This document shows positions 6,901 to 15,556 of a stretch of 15,556 nt of DNA, in pieces; positions within the stretch are counted from its first letter, which is position 1, and each line of letters begins with the position of its first letter. The stretch spans positions 1-15,556 of the forward strand of contig JAYZQJ010000175.1 of the NCBI GenBank assembly GCA_036149055.1, given 5' to 3'. Under the pieces are notes generated by a model, which was given only the letters and a program-made list of their open reading frames with translations, did no database searches and had not been told where the DNA came from. The DNA comes from Myxococcota bacterium (GTDB taxonomy: Bacteria > Myxococcota_A > Polyangia > Polyangiales > Sandaracinaceae). A program made the position numbers and the translations under genes.

Positions 6901-8769
6901 ATGAACACGCTTCGCCTCCTCCTCTCCGCGGCCCTCGCGCTCACCTTGGGCTGCTCGACCGACGTCGACCTCGGCGCCAACGACGACGGCGGGCGCGGCC
7001 CGAGGGTCGGCGGCGACGAGTGCGGCAACGGCTTCGACGACGACGTCGACGGCCGGACCGACGAGGGATGTCCGTGCGCGCCGGGAGAGACCCAGGCCTG
7101 CGGCGCGATGCGCGGGCTCGGCGCGTGCGCGGAGGGTGGCGCGCAGCGCTGCGAGTCGGCGGCCGAGTGGGGCGACTGGGGCGAGGCGAGCTGTGAGGGC
7201 TCGGTCGTGCCCGGGATCGAGGCGTGCGACGGACAGGACCGAGACTGCGACGGCACGGTCGACGAGGGCTGCCCCTGCAGCGCGGATGACCGGCGGTCCT
7301 GCGGCGGTGACCCGGTGGGCGCCTGTCGGGCCGGCGAGCAGGTCTGCGTGGCCGGTGAGTGGTCGGCGTGCGAGGGCGCGGTGGGACCGACGGCGGAGCG
7401 CTGTGGCAACGACGTCGACGACGACTGCGACGGCGTCGTCGACGATCCGCTCCTCTGCATGTGCGAGCCCGTCCCGGAGATCTGCGACAACGGCGTCGAC
7501 GACGACTGCGACGGGAACGTCGACGAGCCCGGCTGCCGCGGCGGCGGTGACGCGGGGACCGACGGAGGGAGCGACGCCGGGGTGCCGGGCTGCGTCGGGA
7601 CGTGCACGCCCTCGGGAGCCTGGCGCACCCTCGGCCCGACGGTGACGGACACCACGCACACCGGGGACGCGGCGCTCGCCGTCTGCGCCGTGCCCGGCGG
7701 GGGCGTCGCGGCGGTGTACCGCGACGGAAGCGACTACCGCCTCGTCAGGCTCGACGCGGGGGGCGCCGTCGCCGTCGACCGCCGGCTGGGAGTGTCGCTC
7801 CCCGGTGACTCGCTGTCGGATGGCCTCCTCGCCGAAGGCGCGGTCTGCGGGGCCGGGCGCTTCGTGATCGCGCACCGCACCGAGGCGCGCGCACTCGAGG
7901 CGCGGGGGTTCGATTACGACGGCGGCATCGTCGCCGGCCCGACGCTCGTGGCCGAGGACGGCGTCGGCTTCGCGGGGATCGCCGCGCTGGGGTCCGAGAT
8001 CTACGTCGGCTTCAGCCGCGTCGATCCCGGGCCGCGCGAGGTGCATCTCTACTCGCGCCGCCTCGACGCCTCCACGCTCGCGCCGCTCGGGCCGGCGGTG
8101 GACGTCGCGCCCGGGGTCCAGGTCCAGTCGCGCCGCGTCGAGGTCGTGACCCGCGCGACCGACGTCGTGGTGACCGCGATCCCGCGAGGGGACCTGAACC
8201 ACCAGGTCATCGCGCGGGTCCGCGGAGACGCGCCCCTGGGCGCCCACGTGGCCGTCCTGCCGAGACAGCCGGGCTGGCCTGCGGCGACGGCGGGCACGCA
8301 CCGCCGTCTGGTCGCCCTGACGACCGACGAGATGGTCCTGTGCTGGGAGCACCAACCGCAGCCGTGCTGCCCGGATGGACAGCGCACCTGGTGCCTGGCC
8401 CTCGACCCGGTGGGTGCGCCGGTGGGGGCGCACGTCGAGTTGACGGCGCCCGGGGCGAGCGACGGCTTCGACTTCGGCATGACCACCGACGGCTGCTCCG
8501 TCTTCGTCGTCACGCACTGCCGCGAGGTGGCCTCCAGCTCGTGCAGCTCGACGGGGGGATGGATCCACGCCGGAGATCCGGCGACGGGGATCTGGAGCCG
8601 CACCCCCTTGCCGGCGAGGATGACCCGGAACGAGGCGCTCCTGGGGTTCCTGCCGCTCTCGGCGCAGGTCGTGCGGACGAACGATGGGCTCTGGCACTTC
8701 GGCCTCGGCCGGAGCAACGGCCGAGGCACCATGCAGCTGGTCGACGTGCGCGCGTCCTGCGCGCCCTGA
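6901..8769 (+). CDS. Cys/Asp-rich lipoprotein with MopE-like putative metal-binding repeats and a beta-rich C-terminal domain, 622 aa
   Basis: Signal peptide II MNTLRLLLSAALALTLG|C. Four repeats of type E-x(0-1)-C-(D/G)...DDDCDGxxD(E/D), interleaved with Cys-rich modules. The DAG linker is typical of myxobacterial proteins. Confidence 0.85.
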   Translation: MNTLRLLLSAALALTLGCSTDVDLGANDDGGRGPRVGGDECGNGFDDDVDGRTDEGCPCAPGETQACGAMRGLGACAEGGAQRCESAAEWGDWGEASCEGSVVPGIEACDGQDRDCDGTVDEGCPCSADDRRSCGGDPVGACRAGEQVCVAGEWSACEGAVGPTAERCGNDVDDDCDGVVDDPLLCMCEPVPEICDNGVDDDCDGNVDEPGCRGGGDAGTDGGSDAGVPGCVGTCTPSGAWRTLGPTVTDTTHTGDAALAVCAVPGGGVAAVYRDGSDYRLVRLDAGGAVAVDRRLGVSLPGDSLSDGLLAEGAVCGAGRFVIAHRTEARALEARGFDYDGGIVAGPTLVAEDGVGFAGIAALGSEIYVGFSRVDPGPREVHLYSRRLDASTLAPLGPAVDVAPGVQVQSRRVEVVTRATDVVVTAIPRGDLNHQVIARVRGDAPLGAHVAVLPRQPGWPAATAGTHRRLVALTTDEMVLCWEHQPQPCCPDGQRTWCLALDPVGAPVGAHVELTAPGASDGFDFGMTTDGCSVFVVTHCREVASSSCSSTGGWIHAGDPATGIWSRTPLPARMTRNEALLGFLPLSAQVVRTNDGLWHFGLGRSNGRGTMQLVDVRASCAP

Positions 8770-8774
8770 GTGCC

Positions 8775-9431
8775 TCAGACGTCGAGCTCGGTGAGGGGAG
8801 TGGCGACGGTGAGGTCGGCGCCGGTCTTCTCCTGGACCTCCTTGGCGCTGACGCCGGGGGCGACCTCGCGGAGGACGAGGCCGTCGTCGGTCACGTCGAT
8901 GAGGGCGAGGTCGGTGATGATCCGGTCGACCACGCCGCGGCCGGTGAGGGGGAGCTTGCACTCCTCGAGGATCTTCGGGGAGCCGTCCTTGCTCGTGTGG
9001 GTCGTGATCACGACCACGCGCTTGGCGCCCACGACGAGGTCCATCGCGCCGCCCATGCCCTTGATCATCTTGCCGGGGATCATCCAGTTGGCGATGTCGC
9101 CCTTCTGGGAGACCTCCATCGTGCCGAGGATGGCGAGGTCGATGTGGCCGCCGCGGATCATCGAGAAGCTGGTGGAGCTGTCGAAGTAGCTCGCGCCCGG
9201 CATCGCGGTCACGGTCTGCTTGCCCGCGTTGATGAGGTCGGCGTCCTCCTCGCCCTCGTAGGGGAAGGGGCCCACGCCGAGCAGGCCGTTCTCGCTCTGG
9301 AGGTAGACCTCCATCCCCTCGGGGATGTAGTTGGCCACGAGCGTCGGCATGCCGATGCCGAGGTTGACGTAGTAGCCGTCGCGGAGCTCGCGCGCGGCCA
9401 CCTTGGCGATCTGGTCGCGGTTCAGCGGCAT
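8775..9431 (-). CDS. scoB: 3-oxoacid CoA-transferase subunit B
   Basis: [15 protein letters not shown] (catalytic Glu), [32 protein letters not shown] upstream. Confidence 0.95.
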   Translation of the reverse strand: MPLNRDQIAKVAARELRDGYYVNLGIGMPTLVANYIPEGMEVYLQSENGLLGVGPFPYEGEEDADLINAGKQTVTAMPGASYFDSSTSFSMIRGGHIDLAILGTMEVSQKGDIANWMIPGKMIKGMGGAMDLVVGAKRVVVITTHTSKDGSPKILEECKLPLTGRGVVDRIITDLALIDVTDDGLVLREVAPGVSAKEVQEKTGADLTVATPLTELDV

Positions 9432-9435
9432 CGGT

Positions 9436-10131
9436 TCACTCCTTCTCTCGAACGGTGCGGCGCTCGATGCGCTTCTCGTGCTCGCCGACGACGACGCGCT
9501 GGACGAAGACGCCGGGGGTGTGGACGTGGTCCGGGTCGAGCTCGCCGACCTCCACCAGCTCCTCCACCTCGGCGATGGTGATGTCGCCCGCCATCGCGCA
9601 GAGCGGGTTGAAGTTCCGCGCGGTCTTCCGGAAGACGAGGTTGCCGTGCCGGTCGCCCTTCCAGGCCTTCACCAGCGCGAACTGGCCGCGGATGCCGCGC
9701 TCCATGATGTACTCGTGCCCGTCGAAGTCGCGGCTCTCCTTGCCCTCGGCGATCTGTGTGCCCGCGCCGGCGCGGGTGAAGAAGGCCGCGATGCCCGAGC
9801 CGCCCGCCCGGAGGCGCTCGGCGAGCGTGCCCTGCGGGCAGAGCTCCACCTCGAGCTCCTTGGAGAGGAACTGCCGCTCGAACTCCTTGTTCTCGCCGAC
9901 GTAGCTCGAGACCATCTTCTTGATCTGCTTGCCCGCCAGCAGGAGCCCGAGCCCGAAGTCGTCGACGCCGCAGTTGTTGGACACGAGGGTCAGGTCCTTG
10001 ACCCCCTTGTCGCGCAGCGCCGCGATGCAGAGCTCGGGGATGCCGCAGAGGCCGAAGCCCCCGGCGACGATCAGCGCCCCGTCCGGAATGTCGGCGACGG
10101 CCTCCGCCGCGCTCGATACGACCTTGTCCAT
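9436..10131 (-). CDS. scoA: 3-oxoacid CoA-transferase subunit A
   Basis: [55 protein letters not shown]. Confidence 0.95.
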   Translation of the reverse strand: MDKVVSSAAEAVADIPDGALIVAGGFGLCGIPELCIAALRDKGVKDLTLVSNNCGVDDFGLGLLLAGKQIKKMVSSYVGENKEFERQFLSKELEVELCPQGTLAERLRAGGSGIAAFFTRAGAGTQIAEGKESRDFDGHEYIMERGIRGQFALVKAWKGDRHGNLVFRKTARNFNPLCAMAGDITIAEVEELVEVGELDPDHVHTPGVFVQRVVVGEHEKRIERRTVREKE

Positions 10132-10138
10132 GGCCCGG

Positions 10139-10168
10139 CTCTTACCAGAGGCGGGGCGGCGCCTTCAA
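10139..10168 (-). promoter_or_regulatory. Putative sigma70-type leaderless promoter of scoAB
   Basis: The minus strand reads TTGAAG-N18-TAAGAG-N7-ATG, with TGG directly before the -10. Confidence 0.5.
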
Positions 10169-10184
10169 GCGCGGCCGTCGACGC

Positions 10185-11888
<1,704 letters not shown>

Positions 11889-12022
11889 CGAATGATTCCT
11901 CCGAAGACGCCTGAGCGTTCAGTATGCAGGGGTCGGCCGTCAAGTGCGGCCGCGCGGCGAGAGCGGCCTCGGTGGGGTCGGCAAGGCGGCGAAAAGACGC
12001 TAGAAAACGGGTCCCGCTGGTC

Positions 12023-13192
12023 ATGAGCTGGCTGAAGCGCATCTTCGACGGCAGACATCGCCGGGCCCTCGCGGCCGAGGGCGCGGGGCAGTGGCGTCGC
12101 GCGGCGGCGCTCTGGGCGGAGGCCGAGGAGCCCATCCGCGCCGCCGAGGCGCTCCTCCACCTCGCCGACCGCTCGAAGGATCTCGAGGAGCGCCTCGAGG
12201 CCTGGCACGACGCGCTGCGCTGGCTGCCGGAGGAGGACGAGGAGCGCCGCGAGGAGGTCGAGCGGCGCGTCGCCCTCGCCATCCTCGCCGACGCCAAGGC
12301 CCGCGGCGCCGCCAGCGGCGAGGAGAAGCGTCGGCTGCTCGAGGCGGCCGCCCAGCTCGAGCTGCTCGACCGGGCGCGCGAGGCCGCCGAGTGCTTCGAG
12401 CTGCTCGGCCGGCACGAGGATCAGGCCCGATGCCTCGAGCTGGCCGGCGAGGTGGAGAAGCTCGAGGCGCTGCTCGAGCGGACGGCCCGCGCCGAGGCCT
12501 CCGAGAGCCGCCTACGCCGGCTGATGAGCGACTACGAGATGGCGCTGCGCTACGGGGCCCGGCTCGAGGCGCGCGACGCCCTGCGCGAGGCGACGCGGCT
12601 GGCGCCCGAGGAGCGCTCGATCTCGGAGCTGCTCCGCCGGCTCGAGGCGCGCATGCCGCCGCCGTCCCGGGTGCGCCTGGAGGTCGGGGGCAAGCGGGTG
12701 GCGTTCGTGGGGCGCCTGCCGGCGGTGCTCGGGCGCGGCGAGGTCGACGTGCCGATCCGGGGCACCAGCGTCTCGCGGGAGCACGCCCAGGTCGCGGTCG
12801 AGGACGGAGCGCTCGTGATCCGCGATCTCGACAGCCGGAACGGCACCCTGATCCGCGGCCTGCCGATCTCGGGATCGATCGCGCTGACCGGCGAGACCGA
12901 GATCGGGCTCGGTGACGACGTGTCGCTCGCGATCCGCCCGCTGGGGCCGGAGAGCCTGCTCATCGAGGTGCTCAGCGGCTTCGATCGCGGCGACCGCATC
13001 GTGCTCGGGGCCGGGCCGCTCGCGTGGGCGGGGCTCGAGGCGGACGTGCGCTTCGAGGAGGGCTGGGCGGTGCTCGCCGCGCGGAGCGGAGTGGAGCTCA
13101 CCCTGGAGGGGCAGACCTGCGCGCTCCCGGTCCACCTCCTGGTCGAGGACCGGCTCGTGGTCGGCGGCCGGCCGGTGGAGGTGCTGGCGTGA
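12023..13192 (+). CDS. TPR-like helical and FHA domain protein, 389 aa
   Basis: The FHA signature LGRG...SVSREHA...DLDSRNGT is intact. The N-terminal half is an alpha-solenoid. Start ATG 12023 (MSWLKRIF). Confidence 0.88.
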   Translation: MSWLKRIFDGRHRRALAAEGAGQWRRAAALWAEAEEPIRAAEALLHLADRSKDLEERLEAWHDALRWLPEEDEERREEVERRVALAILADAKARGAASGEEKRRLLEAAAQLELLDRAREAAECFELLGRHEDQARCLELAGEVEKLEALLERTARAEASESRLRRLMSDYEMALRYGARLEARDALREATRLAPEERSISELLRRLEARMPPPSRVRLEVGGKRVAFVGRLPAVLGRGEVDVPIRGTSVSREHAQVAVEDGALVIRDLDSRNGTLIRGLPISGSIALTGETEIGLGDDVSLAIRPLGPESLLIEVLSGFDRGDRIVLGAGPLAWAGLEADVRFEEGWAVLAARSGVELTLEGQTCALPVHLLVEDRLVVGGRPVEVLA

Positions 13193-14454
13193 GCTTCTGG
13201 CGGCGCCTGTTCGGTCGGGGCGAGGAGGCGCCGGAGCCGGAGGAGGCGCCGGAGCCGGAGCCCGAGGAGGAGCCGGAGCTCCGGGCGCCCGATGACCCGG
13301 AGCTGATCCTGGAGCGGCTCGGCGACGACCCGGACGCGGAGCTCGACGACGCCCACGCCCTCGCCCAGCTCGAGCGCCTGCGGCAGCAGGGCCGGGAGGC
13401 GCGCGCCATCGACCTCGCGCGCCGCGTCCTCGCGCACCACCCGGGCGCGCTCGCGGTGCACCAGCGGGTCGCGGAGCTGCTCGCCTCCCGGGGCGACGAC
13501 CAGGGGGCGGCGCGCCTGCTGGAGCCGTTCCTGGACGCCGCCGACGCGCCGCTGGAGCTCTGGATGCTGGGCGCCGAGATCGCCGAGCGCCGCGGGGACA
13601 CGGTGCGCGCGCTCGCCCTCTACGAGCGGGTGGTGGCCCGTGACCTCGACTACCCCCGGGCGCGCGCCCGGGTGCGGCGCCTCCGCGAGGGCGACCGGAA
13701 GAAGGTCGACGTCGGCGCGACCCTGATGGCCGACGGCGCCCTGACCCGCGGCCGCTACCGCGTGGAGCGCGAGCTCGGCCGGGGTGGGGCGGGCACGGTC
13801 TTCCTGGCCGACGATCTGTCGCTCGGTCGGAAGGTCGCGCTCAAGGTCTATCACCGCCGGGGCCGGGCCGAGCGCACCCGGCTGCTGGTCGAGGCCCGCA
13901 CGCCGGCGCGGCTGGAGCACCCCGGCATCGTGCGGGTGTTCGACATCGACGAGACGCTCGCGGCCATCGCGATGGAGCGGGTGCTCGGCGGCTCGGTGCG
14001 ACACGAGATCGACAAGGGCGGTCTGCCCCCGGCGCGGGTGGTGCGCTGGCTGGTCACCTGCGCCGAGGCGCTCGCCCACGTGCACGCGGCCGACGTGGTG
14101 CACCGTGACCTCAAGCCCTCCAACATGCTGCTCCGCGCGGACGACCGGGTGGTGCTCACCGACTTCGGCGTCGCGTGTGATCCCGGCTACGTCGCGCCGG
14201 GCGCGCGGGCCGAGGGCACCCTGAAGTACATGTCCCCCGAGCAGAAGGCGGGCGCGCCGGCGAGCCTGGCGATGGACGTGCACGCCTTCGGGGTGGCCAC
14301 GCGCGAGATCCTGGAGCACGTGTCGGCGGACGGGCCGGCGGCCCTGCACGAGCTGGTCGGGGCGTGTCTCCGGGCCGATCCGCGGCAGCGCCCGGACGCC
14401 CGCTGGTTGGTGGAGACGCTGACCCCGCTTGCCGCCCCCCTGGCCCCGGGGTAA
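13189..14454 (+). CDS. Hanks-type Ser/Thr protein kinase with N-terminal TPR-like region, 421 aa
   Basis: GTGA overlap with the FHA gene. GRGGAGTV, VALK, alphaC Glu, HRDLKPSN, DFG, GTLKYMSPE and DP..RP are present. No TM helix. Confidence 0.92.
   Translation: MSFWRRLFGRGEEAPEPEEAPEPEPEEEPELRAPDDPELILERLGDDPDAELDDAHALAQLERLRQQGREARAIDLARRVLAHHPGALAVHQRVAELLASRGDDQGAARLLEPFLDAADAPLELWMLGAEIAERRGDTVRALALYERVVARDLDYPRARARVRRLREGDRKKVDVGATLMADGALTRGRYRVERELGRGGAGTVFLADDLSLGRKVALKVYHRRGRAERTRLLVEARTPARLEHPGIVRVFDIDETLAAIAMERVLGGSVRHEIDKGGLPPARVVRWLVTCAEALAHVHAADVVHRDLKPSNMLLRADDRVVLTDFGVACDPGYVAPGARAEGTLKYMSPEQKAGAPASLAMDVHAFGVATREILEHVSADGPAALHELVGACLRADPRQRPDARWLVETLTPLAAPLAPG
13222..13257 (+). 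repeat. 18-bp in-frame tandem repeat x2 (EEAPEP) in the acidic kinase linker
   Basis: gaggaggcgccggagccg twice, followed by degenerate EPEEEPE. Confidence 0.85.
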
Positions 14455-14457
14455 CCC
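14429..14457 (+). promoter_or_regulatory. Putative internal leaderless promoter for the last gene
   Basis: TTGCCG(14429-34)-N17-TAACCC(14452-57)-N6-GTG(14464). The -10 overlaps the kinase TAA stop. No SD. Confidence 0.45.
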
Positions 14458-14463
14458 GGTCCC

Positions 14464-15363
14464 GTGGCGAAACGAGGCAAGCTCCCCAAGCCGAAGGACG
14501 CTGGCGAGGCTTTCGAGAACATCGAGCAGCCGACGCTGAAGTGGCGGACCATCGCGATCATCGTCGTGGCGTTCGTGGTGCTCTGGGTCACCGCGTTCAT
14601 GATCCAGGGCTACGACGAGGACGGCGTCTTCGGCTGGGTCGTCATCGGCGTGGTCGGCGCCCTGACCCTCGCGGCCATCGGCTTCGGCATCTACGTGTGG
14701 CGGCTCACGAAGAAGTCGCGCGGCATCGTCGACATCCTCGCGCAGGCGACCGACGAGGAGGGCCGCAAGCGGGCCCTCGCGCAGCTCGAGCAGGCCGACA
14801 GCAAGGACGCGCTCGCCGCGCTCGCCCGCGCCCAGCTGGTGGCTCGCGAGCAGCCGGCCGAGGCGATGAAGATCCTCGAGGCCATCGACCTCGGCAAGGC
14901 GCCGGCCGTCGTGCAGGACGACGTCCGCGCGAACCTCGGCTTCCTGTACCTGATGAACGGCCGCGCCAAGGACGCCCGCAAGCTCGCCGACGACCTCCGG
15001 CTCGACCGGCAGCCCAACGCCAAGGCGAAGGCGATGTACGCCGCGGTCGCGGCCGAGGCGTTCGCGCGCACCGGCAAGGCCGACGAGGCGGCGAAGCTCA
15101 TCGAGACCTACCCGGCCGACGACCCCGAGTACGGCGAGGTCGGCTCGATGCTGCTCCGCGCGCAGGTCTACACGCACCTCGCCAACAAGAAGCGCGGCCT
15201 CGCCCAGCAGTCGATGCGCGCCCTCGCGAAGGCCGACCCGAACATGCTCGCGCCCTTCCTCGGCAAGGGCATGCGCCCGGAGCTCCAGAAGATGGCCCAG
15301 AAGGCCCTCAAGTCGGTCGGCCTCGCCCCCAAGCAGAAGATGCAGGTCCAGCGCCGGTTCTGA
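14464..15363 (+). CDS. Membrane protein with two N-terminal TM helices and a TPR-like helical domain, 299 aa
   Basis: Two hydrophobic segments (TIAIIVVAFVVLWVTAFMI; GWVVIGVVGALTLAAIGFGIYVW) followed by TPR-like helices (VRANLGFLYLMNGRAKDARKL). Strong codon bias. Confidence 0.85.
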   Translation: MAKRGKLPKPKDAGEAFENIEQPTLKWRTIAIIVVAFVVLWVTAFMIQGYDEDGVFGWVVIGVVGALTLAAIGFGIYVWRLTKKSRGIVDILAQATDEEGRKRALAQLEQADSKDALAALARAQLVAREQPAEAMKILEAIDLGKAPAVVQDDVRANLGFLYLMNGRAKDARKLADDLRLDRQPNAKAKAMYAAVAAEAFARTGKADEAAKLIETYPADDPEYGEVGSMLLRAQVYTHLANKKRGLAQQSMRALAKADPNMLAPFLGKGMRPELQKMAQKALKSVGLAPKQKMQVQRRF

Positions 15364-15385
15364 GTTTATTTGTGGGGTTGGGGGC

Positions 15386-15481
15386 AACCCACCCCCCCCG
15401 GTGGGGCCACCCCCCCGGGCCCCCCCCCCCCCCCCCCCGCCCCCCCCCCCCCCCCGCCGCCCCTGGGCCCCCCCCCGCCCC
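15386..15481. repeat. Poly-C low-complexity tract
   Basis: Long C runs broken by isolated G residues. Possibly degraded base calls across a hairpin element. Confidence 0.7.
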
Positions 15482-15495
15482 GTGGCGGGGCCCGC

Positions 15496-15556
15496 GGCGC
15501 GAGCGCGCAGCGCGAGGCGCCGACGGAGTCGGGAGGGGGGCCCCATTGGCGCTTTG
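15496..15556 (+). repeat. Partial GNA-triloop hairpin element resembling the left-end element
   Basis: GA-GCGC-GCA-GCGC-GA (15501-15515), CCGAC-GGA-GTCGG (15520-15532), and GGGGGGCCCC as at 74-83. Confidence 0.55.

Noticed and set aside
8766..8778. CTGAG-tgc-CTCAG inverted repeat between convergent stops
   Set aside because: Only 5 bp, formed mostly by the two TGA codons, with no U-tract. Not a credible terminator.
6007..8961. 984-aa minus-strand ORF (also 3428-5590, 4716-6584, 1782-3095)
   Set aside because: Arg/Pro/Ala-rich shadow frames overlapping well-supported plus-strand genes.
11921..11943. Candidate pilB promoter (minus-strand TTGACG...CATACT, or sigma54-like GG...GC)
   Set aside because: The spacing is wrong in both readings: 11 nt between hexamers, and GG-N9-GC.
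12550..15546. 998-aa minus-strand ORF
   Set aside because: Antisense to the FHA, kinase and TPR genes, and it starts in the low-complexity end region.

Overview
This is a very GC-rich bacterial window. Gene content and protein style point to a myxobacterium, probably Polyangiales/Sandaracinaceae-like (inference). It holds 14 credible CDSs. From left to right: a CPBP/CAAX-type intramembrane protease with an extra N-terminal domain (-); a 94-aa unknown protein; pyrC-carA; a four-gene ECF cassette (predicted 8-stranded beta-barrel protein, ECF sigma, single-pass Pro-rich/TPR-like putative anti-sigma, Cys/Asp-rich lipoprotein); scoB and scoA with a stand-alone pilB (-); a divergent TPR-FHA plus TPR-Ser/Thr kinase pair; and a 2-TM TPR-like protein. 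Both ends carry GC-rich hairpin elements with GNA-triloop motifs, and the right end has a probably artefactual poly-C tract. The main highlights are (1) the ECF cassette, which looks like a TonB-independent trans-envelope signalling module with a duplicated promoter-like motif TGGGAAA-N17-AAG 34-35 nt before the sigma and lipoprotein ATGs, and (2) several apparently leaderless sigma70-type promoters that lack the -7 T.
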